Assembly (NCBI GenBank): GCA_963815115.1
Contig: CAWFFN010000009.1
Span: 896,001-960,000, forward strand
DNA from: an uncultured delta proteobacterium
GTDB lineage: Bacteria; Desulfobacterota; Binatia; DP-6
Direction: 5' to 3'
DNA length: 64,000 nucleotides
Positions 1 to 11,603 of the stretch are shown here, in pieces (the first letter of the stretch is position 1; the number at the start of each line of letters is the position of its first letter). The notes under the pieces are model-generated. The model had not been told where the DNA came from. It searched no databases and worked only from the letters and a program-made list of their open reading frames with translations. The position numbers and the translations under genes are program-made.

Positions 1-346
1 GGGCGAGGCCCAGGTGGAGCGCGGCATCGACGTCGAGCGCGCGATCGGCCGGCAGGACGCCGAACGTCGGCCAGTAGGGCGGATAGAGCAGGCCGACGCT
101 GGCGTTGGTGAGGAGCGGCATGCCGCAGGCCTGGTGCGGGTTCCATAGTGGCAGCCGGCCGGCCCACAGCTCGGCGAACCCGTAGCGCAGCATCGGCAGG
201 TAGTACGCCTGCAGGTCCGCGGCGGTGGGGTCGGCGAGGTCGGTGCCCCCTGGAACCAGGACACCCCAGACGAACGCGGCGGCCAGTGCGACGCCGAACA
301 GGACGACGACGCAGGCCACCGGCGTCTCACGCCGGCGTGCGATCAT
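1..346 (-). CDS. YfhO-like / GT-C-type membrane protein, N-terminal part (runs off the window start)
   Basis: Translated by hand from ATG at 346: MIARRRETPVACVVVLFGVALAAAFVWG...DLQAYYLPML...GRLPLWNPHQACGMPLL...LLYPP. The PLWNP..G.P motif is typical of YfhO-like proteins. Not in the ORF track. Confidence 0.65.
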   Translation of the reverse strand, partial: MIARRRETPVACVVVLFGVALAAAFVWGVLVPGGTDLADPTAADLQAYYLPMLRYGFAELWAGRLPLWNPHQACGMPLLTNASVGLLYPPYWPTFGVLPADRALDVDAALHLGLA

Positions 347-373
347 CGGCGTGCCCGGGGGCAGCGGCTGCGT

Positions 374-1924
374 CTACTGGACCGTGATCCCGCGGTCGAG
401 CTCCCCGCCCGGGATCACCGCCTGCGCGTGCGGCAGGTTCAGGATCTCGTCGGCGTACGAGTCGTCGGCCTTGCCGAGGAAGAAGCGCGGCAGCTCCTTC
501 GGGAGCATCGGATCGATGAGGCCGGGATAGCGCCGGAAGAGCGGGAACCGTCCCACCGCCTTCACCAGGAAGCGCGGCATGGCGGTGCGGGTGAGGAGGT
601 AGAGGCGATGGTAGTAGGAGTACTGCCGGTCGCTCATCGAGACGACGTGCCCCTCGTCGCTCACCTTCTTGGTGTAGCCGTAGCCCGGGAACATCGTCAT
701 GTGCCCGAAACCCACGCAGCGCATGCCGATCGGCAGCTCGCAGAGGAAGTCGAAGGTCTCGCGAGCATGGCGCTCGCTCTCGAGGTGGACCCGGGTGATC
801 AGGTCGAAGTAGCACTCGACCCCGGCGTCGAGCATGATCTGCGCCGCCTCGACGGCCTTCTCGCGCGCGACCGGCCGGTTGAAGCCCTCGAGGACCTCCT
901 CGCTACCCGACTGGATGCCCATGGTCATGGACATGCAGCCGGCGTCGCGCAGCATCTCGATCTCTTCCCTCTTGGTGGTGGTGGGGTAGGTGTAGCACCA
1001 GAAGGGAAGGCCGACCTCTTCCTTGTAGCGGCGTGCGAACTCCTTCAGCCAGCGCGGATGAGTGGTGAAGACGTCGTCGTAGAACATCACGGAGTTGATG
1101 GAGAGCCGCTTGCGCGCCTCGACCAGCTCCTGGATCACGACGTCGACCGAGCGCCGGCGGAGATGGTTCTTCTTCCCGAACATGTCCTGGTAGACGCTCT
1201 CGATGCAGAACGAGCAGGAGAACGGACACCCGCGCGTGGTCATGATGATGTACTGGTGACCGAGGTTGGGCGGGTAGACGTTGCGGCGCATCTGATCGTC
1301 GTTGATGTGCACGGTGCGCGCCATCTCGAAATCGGGAATGGCGAGGTCCTCGAGCTCGACGAGGGGTCGGCCCGGATTGCGGATGACGTCGCCCGCGGGC
1401 GTCCTGGCCCAGACGCCGGGCACGTCGGTCAACGGGGCGCCGGCGTCGATGCGCTGGGCCAGGTCGACGATGACCGGCTCGCCCTCGCCCACGCACACCA
1501 GGTCGGCGTTCGCGATGCAGTCCTCGGGCTCGAGCGTCGGGCCCGAGCCGCCCCAGATCACCGGCACGCCGAGCGCCGCCTTCAGGCGTGCGGTGACCTC
1601 GACGGCCGGCTTGATGGTGAGCGACGACAGGCTGAGGCCGATGAGATCCGGCCGGAACTCACGCAGCGTGTCGACGAGCAATCCGTACTCGACCTCGGAG
1701 AAGGGCCTGTAGCAGTTCCAGACCATTTCCCGGCCGCGCGCGCCGACCAGCACGCCAGGGTAGTCGGAGACGATGTAGCGTTCGGCATCCTCCACCGGGA
1801 CGGCGAGGAAGTCCTTGAAGTAGACGATGAGGGTCTCGTGACCGGCGCGCCGGAGCTCACCCGAGAGCTGGGAGACCGCCAGGTTCAGCCCGGTGAACAG
1901 CTTGACCAGTGCAACTCGTGCCAT
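374..1924 (-). CDS. B12-binding domain radical SAM protein
   Basis: N-terminal cobalamin-binding-type domain (PDLIGLS...IWGG..PT...GEGE) and RGCPFSCSFC CxxxCxxC motif; start placed at MARVALVK. Confidence 0.85.
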   Translation of the reverse strand: MARVALVKLFTGLNLAVSQLSGELRRAGHETLIVYFKDFLAVPVEDAERYIVSDYPGVLVGARGREMVWNCYRPFSEVEYGLLVDTLREFRPDLIGLSLSSLTIKPAVEVTARLKAALGVPVIWGGSGPTLEPEDCIANADLVCVGEGEPVIVDLAQRIDAGAPLTDVPGVWARTPAGDVIRNPGRPLVELEDLAIPDFEMARTVHINDDQMRRNVYPPNLGHQYIIMTTRGCPFSCSFCIESVYQDMFGKKNHLRRRSVDVVIQELVEARKRLSINSVMFYDDVFTTHPRWLKEFARRYKEEVGLPFWCYTYPTTTKREEIEMLRDAGCMSMTMGIQSGSEEVLEGFNRPVAREKAVEAAQIMLDAGVECYFDLITRVHLESERHARETFDFLCELPIGMRCVGFGHMTMFPGYGYTKKVSDEGHVVSMSDRQYSYYHRLYLLTRTAMPRFLVKAVGRFPLFRRYPGLIDPMLPKELPRFFLGKADDSYADEILNLPHAQAVIPGGELDRGITVQ

Positions 1925-1991
1925 CGGCTCCTTCGGGGGACCTCCCGAGGACGTCCCGACAGGTAGAACTAGCCCAGAGTTCTCGAGAAAC

Positions 1992-3845
<1,854 letters not shown>

Positions 3846-3897
3846 GGAAGCCCGCATGGTGACGGTCGCCGGGGGTCCGGTCAAAGGCGCGCCGGGA

Positions 3898-4809
3898 TCA
3901 GCCGGCGCCCAGCAGCCAGCTTCGCAGCCAGGCGCGGTTCTCCGCGTCCTCGCGCGCGCCGAGCCCGTGACCCGCCGCCTCCTCGACGCGCACGTAGCGG
4001 AACCGTCGGGCGAAGCCGCTGCTGGCGTAGACCGGCGCCAGCACCCGCTGCGTCTCGTCCGCGCAGGCGATCGGAATGAGGGGGTCCTGGACGCGATTCA
4101 CCATCAGGAGCGCCGCATGCACCAGCCGGCGAGGGTGCGCTATGGGCTGCTGTGTGCGGAGCCATGCGGCATAGGCCGGATCGAGGTCGAGGGGTCGGCC
4201 TTCCATGCCCATGCTCGAGTAGCGCAGGAAACGGAAGTAGTCGCCGCAGGCGGCGACGGCGACCGCGACCGAGAGCCTGGGTTCCGCGGCGATCGCCTCG
4301 AGCGCGATGAACCCGTTCGTCGACGCGCCCGTGATGCCGATCCGCGCGGGGTCGACGTCCGGGAGCGTCACCAGGTAGTCGAGTACCTTGGGCACCACGA
4401 GCGTCGCGGTGGCCGCGATCGTGCGGAGGAATTGCTCTCCCACCAGCCGGGAGGACGGTGCCGCGAGCGCCCATTTGCCGGCGGCATTCTCGGCCGCCGG
4501 TGCCGGAATCGGCGGCGCTCCCGGAAGCCGGCTCCAGTCGACGCGGTAGGTCACCGCCACGGCCCCCTCGCCGAGGAGCGTGCTCGACTCGTTCAGGTTG
4601 ACCAGGACCGTCGGCTTGCGGCCCGGCGGGTCGAGTGGAATCTCGACGTGGACGACGATGGCGCCGTTCTCGATCTGGGCCTCGCGCACCTGGAACTGTC
4701 GTTCCGTGGGCGCCGCTGCCGGGCGCGCGGCCGGCTGCGGCGCCGGCGCACGTGCGCTGCAGGCGCTCATCAGGATGGCTGCCAGACAGACCACGCGACG
4801 GGCGCGCAT
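3898..4809 (-). CDS. alpha/beta-hydrolase lipoprotein (dienelactone hydrolase/S9-like)
   Basis: Lipobox-like LMSAC; VLDYL...[15 protein letters not shown] nucleophile elbow; QDPLIP and GHG candidates for the catalytic Asp and His. Confidence 0.7.
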   Translation of the reverse strand: MRARRVVCLAAILMSACSARAPAPQPAARPAAAPTERQFQVREAQIENGAIVVHVEIPLDPPGRKPTVLVNLNESSTLLGEGAVAVTYRVDWSRLPGAPPIPAPAAENAAGKWALAAPSSRLVGEQFLRTIAATATLVVPKVLDYLVTLPDVDPARIGITGASTNGFIALEAIAAEPRLSVAVAVAACGDYFRFLRYSSMGMEGRPLDLDPAYAAWLRTQQPIAHPRRLVHAALLMVNRVQDPLIPIACADETQRVLAPVYASSGFARRFRYVRVEEAAGHGLGAREDAENRAWLRSWLLGAG

Positions 4810-5581
4810 CGAATCACCCACCGTAGAGGAAGCGCCGGGGCCGACGCCAGGGCTCAGGTGGCGACTCGCGATCCTGTTCGCGCTCGTCATCGTCGCGGGA
4901 TCCGGATGCGCCTCGCGCCCGCTCCTCGAGCGGGCGATCCGGGCACGCGGCGGAACGCTGCACTCGCTGGTTCGACAGGCCGAAGCGGAGGTCCAGTCCG
5001 GCTTCCCAGGAACCTGGCAATGGCGCACCGTGTTTCTCGCTCCCGACGACTACGCCTGGTCGATCGTCACCGCCGCGGGAACCGATCACTATCTCTTCGA
5101 CGGCCGGGTGGCGCGGGCGTTCATCGGCGGCCGACAGGTGTCGGCCGACGCAGGGCAGGGCGCCCCGCTACGAGCACACGCGCGCTTCGCCTCGGTCACG
5201 GGGCTGGATACCGTGGTCACGAGCAAGACGCCCGTCACTCCGCTGCCTGCCTCCGAGCTCCCGCCCGGCGTTGCCACGGGCGTATCCGTCACGCTGCCGG
5301 ACGACGGGGCGCGCTACCGCCTCGGCTTCGACGAGCGGACGCTCCTCGTGTGGGCCACGGGACCGATCGACATTCCGCGGCTCGGGCGAGGGGAGGTGAC
5401 AGCCCGCTACGCGGACTTCCGCCGCGTGGGCGGGCTCTGGCTCCCGTTCCGCACGACCTACGAGATCGACGCCAGACCGCTGGCGGTCGAGCGCACGGTC
5501 CGGCTCTGTCCCAACGTGTCGGGCCTGGAGCCCGCCACGTTCCAGAGCCCCGAGCGCCTGCCCGCGTGCGACGGCCGGTGA
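4775..5581 (+). CDS. hypothetical exported/lipoprotein (start uncertain)
   Basis: Signal-like [15 protein letters not shown] followed by beta-rich sequence ending in [15 protein letters not shown]. Confidence 0.55.
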   Translation: MAARQTTRRARIESPTVEEAPGPTPGLRWRLAILFALVIVAGSGCASRPLLERAIRARGGTLHSLVRQAEAEVQSGFPGTWQWRTVFLAPDDYAWSIVTAAGTDHYLFDGRVARAFIGGRQVSADAGQGAPLRAHARFASVTGLDTVVTSKTPVTPLPASELPPGVATGVSVTLPDDGARYRLGFDERTLLVWATGPIDIPRLGRGEVTARYADFRRVGGLWLPFRTTYEIDARPLAVERTVRLCPNVSGLEPATFQSPERLPACDGR

Positions 5582-5649
5582 GCCCGTCACGGCGCCCGCC
5601 TCACCGCTGCGGGACGTCTCCGCAAGGAGCCACGTCACGATCGAGACAC

Positions 5650-5775
5650 TCACCTTGCACGCGCGCGTCGCCGTGCCCGTTGGTGCTTGCGTCGCTCGGA
5701 CCTCGAGTCGCCCTGCATGGCGACCGCGACGATCACCGCGAGGACGAAGAGGAGAATCGACGTCCAGACGAGCAT
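5650..5775 (-). CDS. small single-pass membrane protein (41 aa)
   Basis: Translated by hand: [41 protein letters not shown]; ATG lies 9 nt after the stop of the upstream gene. Confidence 0.4.
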   Translation of the reverse strand: MLVWTSILLFVLAVIVAVAMQGDSRSERRKHQRARRRARAR

Positions 5776-5784
5776 TCGACGCCA

Positions 5785-6504
5785 CTACGAAGGCCACGCC
5801 CGTCCCTGCGTCAGCAGGGACCACGATCGAGCCAGGACCGATCCGGCCGCGAGGGCGGAGAACCCGAGCGTCTTCACGCCGGCCGGGAGCAGGACGATGG
5901 GCACCTGGACCTCGGCGAGCAGCGAGCGGGGCGAGAGGCGATGATCGCACCGATCACCGCCGGTCGCGATCCGCGGGATCCATCGCGGCACGTCGTGACA
6001 GTACGTACGGTATGCCCGTCCGTGCCATGCCCTCAGCCTCGTCTCTTCGTGACGGACCACGGCGGAGTAGAAAGCCGCGCACCAGAGCACCGCCAACGGC
6101 ACGGCCCACCAGTATCCGAACGCCGTCACGGCGCCCGTGACCACGAAGGTGTTCGCGCAGTAGATCGGGTTCCGGAGGCGGCGATAGGGGCCGCAGGTCG
6201 TCAGCGACATGCGAACCGGGAGCCGGTAGCCGAGGTGGATCTGGGACCAGATGCGCCCGATCCAGCCGAGCCCGACGAGAGGGACGGCGACGAGCCATGC
6301 GGCGGCCGTCGGGGACGCCACGCGGGGAAGCAGCAACGTCGCGAGCGCCAGTGGCATCACGAACACGAGCGCGCGACCATCATAGGCCAGGCGACAGATC
6401 GCTCGCCCGAGGGAACTCGGTCCTCGCTGGGGAAGGGCGGGTCGGCTAGTCGCGATCGACGATGCGTCGTGGAGCTTGGGGGGCGGCGACGTGGGGGCGG
6501 TCAT
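5785..6504 (-). CDS. isoprenylcysteine carboxylmethyltransferase / phospholipid methyltransferase family membrane protein
   Basis: [21 protein letters not shown]...G.AY..YC..VPRWIP. Confidence 0.8.
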   Translation of the reverse strand: MTAPTSPPPKLHDASSIATSRPALPQRGPSSLGRAICRLAYDGRALVFVMPLALATLLLPRVASPTAAAWLVAVPLVGLGWIGRIWSQIHLGYRLPVRMSLTTCGPYRRLRNPIYCANTFVVTGAVTAFGYWWAVPLAVLWCAAFYSAVVRHEETRLRAWHGRAYRTYCHDVPRWIPRIATGGDRCDHRLSPRSLLAEVQVPIVLLPAGVKTLGFSALAAGSVLARSWSLLTQGRAWPS

Positions 6505-6853
6505 ACCGGTTCGTGGTTCGCCGGGCGCTCTTAGCGTGCGTAGGGTGACACCATCATGAAGCCCACGAGCGCCAGGCGGGCGTTCGAGACGCCACGCCAC
6601 CCTCGTCGCCTCGGCGGGAATGCTCCGACCACAACCTCCGGGAGCCGATAGTAGCGATCCATCTCGGGGCTGACAACCGTCCGGCGGAGGCAGTGGCGAA
6701 TCTCGCCACGGCAGGCGAAGACGGATCGGGAGCGTCTGTACCGCGCCGATGTTACTTGACTTTCGCGCGACGAAATTGATTCCCTAAATGTGGACGCGGG
6801 CCGGAGGCGCCCGGCGAGCGTGCCCGGAAGAAACGGAGGGGGGAGTGCCTCGG

Positions 6854-8209
6854 ATGGTGTGGGCGAGGGTGCTCTGGGTGATCGCGTGCCTCGGAGCGGG
6901 AGTCGGGGCGTCCTTCGGACAGACCGCGGCGGACGAGCCGCCGGCGACGCCCGCGCAACGCTACGACGACAGCGACCGCCTCTACTTCTGGTTCGAGACC
7001 GGTCTCAATTTCACCTTGCAGCGTCACTTCGCCGGTGACGTCCGGGTCGTCCCGCAGTCGGCGGTCGAGCTGAACCTCGGGGGGGGCGTGGGCTACAACA
7101 TCGACCGGCACTGGGGTGCCGAGCTCCAGGTGAACGGCGTCGACCCGTGGCTGCGCTCCGAGTCCCGCGGGGCGGTCAAGCGCATCGCCGTCCTCACCTT
7201 CGTCCCGGCGGTGCGCTACCGCTGGTTGCTCGAGGACGGGCAGTTCGTGCCCTACCTGACCGGAGGCGTGGGGTTCTCGTCGAACGACGTCCACGGCAAC
7301 TTCGCTCCCTTCACCAGCGCGAGCACGACCCAGACCACCGTCGTGGGCTCGCTCTCGGCCGGCTTCGACTACTTCATCTCGGAGAACGTGGCCGCCGGTC
7401 TCGAGTTTCGATCGCTCATCCATCCGAGCCAGGACGCCGAGGTCACGTACGAGAATCCGCGCACGGGGCGCATCACTCGCTACGACGATTCGACCAACTT
7501 GACGGCCATCTCGCTGCTCGCCCACCTGCGGGTCTTCCCCGGGCAACCCCTCGGTCCCGACGGAAGCGATCGACACTTCTTCCTCGCCGACCACGGCCCC
7601 TACGACACCGACGAGCTGCGTGCCTACGTGTCCGGCCTGTTCGGATACGACTTCATCTGGGACAGGAACGCCGGGGCGGGGGTGCGATTGCGCGACGCCG
7701 GCGGCGACGCGAACCTCACCAAGGGCGGCGCCGTGGGCGTCAACCTCGACCGGAACTGGGGCGCCGAGGTCCAGCTCCTCTACACCATGCTGAACCTTCG
7801 CCAGACCACCGGCCCGCGCTTTGCCAAGCTCGATGTGTTCGAGGTGCTGCCCGCGCTGCGCTACCGCTATCCGCTCCTCGGCGGCCGGCTCGTCCCCTTT
7901 CTCATCGGTGGCGTCGGTACCGCATTTCTCGATACCGCCGAGAACCGACCGACCATCGAGTTCCGGGGTGGCAGGCGAGTAGCGGTGTATTCTCAGTTCG
8001 CCCCGGGCGGTCCGGCGATCGTCGGTCTGCTGGGCGCCGGCATCGAGTACTTCCTGAACCATCATCTGAGCGTCGGCCTGATCGTGCCCTTGCATCTCTA
8101 TTCCACCGTCGGCACCACGTTTCGACGGGCGGGACACGAGACGCGAACCGGCTTCGCCGACCTGTCGGGCCTCGAGCCGCTGCTCCAGCTCAAGGCGTAC
8201 CTGCCCTGA
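6854..8209 (+). CDS. outer membrane protein with two tandem OmpW/OmpA-like beta-barrel domains
   Basis: Signal peptide; repeated module GYNIDRHWGAELQ...PAVRYR...VPYLTGGVG...AGFDYF and GVNLDRNWGAEVQ...PALRYR...VPFLIGGVG...AGIEYF. Confidence 0.8.
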   Translation: MVWARVLWVIACLGAGVGASFGQTAADEPPATPAQRYDDSDRLYFWFETGLNFTLQRHFAGDVRVVPQSAVELNLGGGVGYNIDRHWGAELQVNGVDPWLRSESRGAVKRIAVLTFVPAVRYRWLLEDGQFVPYLTGGVGFSSNDVHGNFAPFTSASTTQTTVVGSLSAGFDYFISENVAAGLEFRSLIHPSQDAEVTYENPRTGRITRYDDSTNLTAISLLAHLRVFPGQPLGPDGSDRHFFLADHGPYDTDELRAYVSGLFGYDFIWDRNAGAGVRLRDAGGDANLTKGGAVGVNLDRNWGAEVQLLYTMLNLRQTTGPRFAKLDVFEVLPALRYRYPLLGGRLVPFLIGGVGTAFLDTAENRPTIEFRGGRRVAVYSQFAPGGPAIVGLLGAGIEYFLNHHLSVGLIVPLHLYSTVGTTFRRAGHETRTGFADLSGLEPLLQLKAYLP

Positions 8210-8244
8210 GAGACGGTCGCCCGCGGCGTTGGTCGCCGCGCGGA

Positions 8245-8625
8245 TCAGCCGCTCGCCGGGCCGTCGTCCAGGATCTGGACGCGCACGTTCCAGGTCTTGG
8301 CGAGCCAGTCGAGCAGCTCGGCCTCGGGCCCCGTGATCGCATCCTCCGCCGCCGTCTCGAGCACGGTGCCATAGATCAGCTCGCGTGCGTCCTGGCGGCC
8401 GATGCCCGCGAGGAACGTCCTGAGGCTCTCCTGGTCGGTGAAGCGGGAGTCGACCTCCTCGACGAGGCGGCGGTACTCGTCCTCCCCGAGCACCTCGACC
8501 ACCTTCTCGATCTGGGACACCTCGGCCTCGGAGACGGCGTGCTCGGACTCCACCACCTGCTCGAGCAGCGCCACCAGCGAGAGACGTTCCTCGTGGTTCA
8601 GGTCCCGCAGTTCCATGGCCGCCAT
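8245..8625 (-). CDS. acidic helical protein, TerB-like
   Basis: C-terminal part of ORF 8245..10047: MELRDLNHEERLSLVALL...VSEAE...AAEDAITGPEAELLDWLAKTW. Confidence 0.6.
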   Translation of the reverse strand: MAAMELRDLNHEERLSLVALLEQVVESEHAVSEAEVSQIEKVVEVLGEDEYRRLVEEVDSRFTDQESLRTFLAGIGRQDARELIYGTVLETAAEDAITGPEAELLDWLAKTWNVRVQILDDGPASG

Positions 8626-8715
8626 CCAATGCCGCGGGAGCGGTCCCGCGGTCAACCCGGGTAGGCATCTCTGCCGGTGATGCCGGGGCGGCCGGGCGAT
8701 GCTAAGCAGGGCGGG

Positions 8716-10038
8716 GTGAGCCACCCGGCCGAGACGCTGCGCGACGACGTGCTGCCTGCCCCGCCGCTCGCGGTCCGTCGCAACCACGTGGGCAGCGTCT
8801 CCCTCCTGTGTGCCCTCGGCGGAACCGTCGCCTGCAACCTCGCGCTGGCCGGTACGATGCGGGACGAGACCTGGCTTCGCATCCTCGCCGCCGGCTTCGA
8901 GGCGGCCATGGTCGGCGGCCTGGCGGACTGGTTCGCGGTGACGGCGCTCTTCCGGCACCCGCTCGGGCTTCCGATCCCCCACACCGCCATCATCCCGGCC
9001 CGACGGGCCAAGATCATCGAGAGCATCGTCAACATGGTCGAGAACGACTGGCTCTCGCCCGGCGTCATCGGAGCGCGCCTGGCGCGGGTGGCGCCGAGCA
9101 CGTTCGTGAAGGACTGGATCGACAACGCCGATCACCTCGAGCGGCTCGGCGGCCCGTTGCGTGACGTGCTGCGCGGTGTCGCCCGCCTGCTGACCGAGGA
9201 CGAGGTCGCACGCTTCGTCGATCGCGCGCTCCAGCGCCAGCTCCGCGAGCTGCCGCTCGACGCCTCGGCGGGACGCTGGCTGGTGCGCGCGGTGGAGAGC
9301 GAGAGCGCGGGAGCGACGCTGGAATCGCTGGCGGCCTCGCTCGCCAACCTCGCATCGCGGCCGCGAACGGCCGCGGAGCTGCACTTCTGGCTCGATCGCT
9401 CCGCGCGGACGCTCCGCGAGGGCGGCAAGCGCCTGCTGCCGTTCGTCCTGCGGCGCAAGGTCGTGCAGCGCAAGATCGTCGAGGCGGCGTGCGACTACGC
9501 CGCGACCGAGCTGCGCCGCGCCGCCCGCGATCCGGCGCATCCCTTCCGGCGGTCCATCCTCGACGGCCTCCGGCGCTGGGCCGATCGCCTCGCCGCCAGC
9601 GATCCCGCGGCGCTCGCGCAGGCGGAGCGCCTGCGCGCCGCGCTGGTCGAGAGCCTCGAGGCGGGGCCGCTGGTGCGGGAGACGCTCGCCCGCCTGCGTC
9701 GCGAGCTCGAGGAGCAGCTCGACGACCCGCACAGCCCTCTCTCCGCCCTCGTCGCGCGGACGCTGCGTGCGGGTATCCGCGAGCTCCTCGACGATCCCGA
9801 GCGCCGCGCCGCCTTCGACCGCTGGGTGCGCGCGACGGCCGACGACCTGCTCCGGCGCCACCACCACCAGATCGGCCTCACGGTGCGTGAGAACCTGGAA
9901 GCCCTCGATACCGGGACGCTGGTGTCGATGATCGAGGCGAGGGTCGGCAGCGACCTCCAGTTCATCCGCCTGAACGGCGCCGTGGTGGGGGGCCTGGTGG
10001 GTGTGGGGCTGGCGACCGTGCACTGGCTGCTCGGGTGA
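8716..10038 (+). CDS. DUF445 family membrane protein
   Basis: EAAMVGGLADWFAVTALFRHPLGLPIPHTAIIP and DLQFIRLNGAVVGGLVG. Confidence 0.9.
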   Translation: MSHPAETLRDDVLPAPPLAVRRNHVGSVSLLCALGGTVACNLALAGTMRDETWLRILAAGFEAAMVGGLADWFAVTALFRHPLGLPIPHTAIIPARRAKIIESIVNMVENDWLSPGVIGARLARVAPSTFVKDWIDNADHLERLGGPLRDVLRGVARLLTEDEVARFVDRALQRQLRELPLDASAGRWLVRAVESESAGATLESLAASLANLASRPRTAAELHFWLDRSARTLREGGKRLLPFVLRRKVVQRKIVEAACDYAATELRRAARDPAHPFRRSILDGLRRWADRLAASDPAALAQAERLRAALVESLEAGPLVRETLARLRRELEEQLDDPHSPLSALVARTLRAGIRELLDDPERRAAFDRWVRATADDLLRRHHHQIGLTVRENLEALDTGTLVSMIEARVGSDLQFIRLNGAVVGGLVGVGLATVHWLLG

Positions 10039-11603
10039 CGACCGCACGCGGATCGCTCCCGGCCTGGTTCATCCTGACGCTGCTGGCGGCGGTGGGTGCG
10101 AACGGGCTGGCGTCGGCCACCACGCGGGTGACCATCGAGCTGATGCGTAGCCCGAGCCCGTTCGCGCAGCACGTGCGCGAATACGACCTGGTGCTGCTGC
10201 CGTGCTTCCAGGTGGTCGCGTTCGTCGTCCCGACCGTCGTCCTCATCGGGTACCTCTGGCCGATCGTCGTGTGGTTCCGCCGCGGCGCGATCCCTCCGCC
10301 CGGTCTGCTGGTGCAGCGTCGCGTGATCAGCGCCCCGCTCGTCATGGCGGCCGGATCGTTCGGGGGGTGGATGGTGGGGCCGATCTTCTTCCCGATCGCC
10401 ACCCTGCTCAAATTCGGACGCTGGACGCCCGAGCTCGCCTCGCAGCACATCGTCTCCCCGCTGGTGAACGGGTTCCTCGCCGTCACGACCACCTACCTGC
10501 TGGTCGATCTGATCTTCCGCCGCCGGGTCGTGCCGCGCGTCTTTCCCGAGGGGCGGCTCACCGAGGTGCACGGCGCGCTCGCGCTCGGCGTCCGCGACCG
10601 ATTGCTCGTCTTCCTCGTCGCGGTGGCGTTCGTCCCGCTGTTCACCGCGCTCGGCCTGGTCCGTGCGGCGACGGCCCGGCTCGATGCTGGACTCCCCGCG
10701 GCGAGCGTCGTGGGCGGCCTGGCGCGTGCCAGCGAGCTGACGTTCGCCGTCTACGTCGCCGTCGGCCTCGTCCTCACGCTGCTGCTGGCGCGCACGTTCA
10801 CCGGACCGCTGGCCGAGGTGACGTCCGCCCTGCGCCGCATCCGTGCGGGCGCCCTCGACCGCGACGTCCGGGTGAGTGCGAGCGACGAGGTCGGCGTGGT
10901 CGAGGAGGGGGTGAACGCGCTGCTGGCCGCGCTGCGCGAGAAGGAGCGCATCCTCGGCACCTTCGGACGCATCGTCGACCCCGCGGTACGGGATCGGCTG
11001 CTCGCCGGTGAGGTCGAGGCCGGCGGCGAGGTGCGCCGGGCGACGGTGCTCTTCTGCGACCTGCGTGGCTTCACCGCGCTCGCCGAGCGCAGCTCGCCGG
11101 TCGATCTGGTCGCCACCCTCAACGAGTTCTTCAGCGTCCTCACCACCTGGGTGCGCACCTGCGGAGGGTTCGTCGACAAGTTCCTCGGCGACGGCCTCCT
11201 CGTCGTGTTCGGTCTGTTCGACGACGGCGACGACAGCGGTGCCGCATCCGCCGTGCGCTGCGCGCGCGGCATGCACACCCGCGTGGCCGAGCTCAACGGC
11301 GTGCGTGCCGGAACCGGCCGACCGCCGCTGGCCGTCTCGATCGGCATCCATTCCGGTCCGGTGGTCGCGGGCACGATCGGGGCCGCCGAGCGGCACGACT
11401 ACACCGTGGTGGGGGACACCGTGAACGTGGCGGCGCGTCTTCAGGAGGTGTGCCGCGATCACGAGCACGGGCTCCTCGTCTCGGGGACGACGCACGACCT
11501 CGCCGCGCGCGGCGGCGCGTGCGGCGACGTGCTCGCGCGCTACGCGATCCGGCTGCGCGGCCGCGATGCGGCGGTGGACGCGCTCGCGCTGGGCTGCTCG
11601 TAG
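10035..11603 (+). CDS. membrane adenylate cyclase (TM-HAMP-class III cyclase)
   Basis: TM helices, HAMP (DEVG), FCDLRGFT, DKFLGDG, YTVVGDTVNVAARLQ; GTGA overlap with the DUF445 gene. Confidence 0.9.
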   Translation: MTTARGSLPAWFILTLLAAVGANGLASATTRVTIELMRSPSPFAQHVREYDLVLLPCFQVVAFVVPTVVLIGYLWPIVVWFRRGAIPPPGLLVQRRVISAPLVMAAGSFGGWMVGPIFFPIATLLKFGRWTPELASQHIVSPLVNGFLAVTTTYLLVDLIFRRRVVPRVFPEGRLTEVHGALALGVRDRLLVFLVAVAFVPLFTALGLVRAATARLDAGLPAASVVGGLARASELTFAVYVAVGLVLTLLLARTFTGPLAEVTSALRRIRAGALDRDVRVSASDEVGVVEEGVNALLAALREKERILGTFGRIVDPAVRDRLLAGEVEAGGEVRRATVLFCDLRGFTALAERSSPVDLVATLNEFFSVLTTWVRTCGGFVDKFLGDGLLVVFGLFDDGDDSGAASAVRCARGMHTRVAELNGVRAGTGRPPLAVSIGIHSGPVVAGTIGAAERHDYTVVGDTVNVAARLQEVCRDHEHGLLVSGTTHDLAARGGACGDVLARYAIRLRGRDAAVDALALGCS

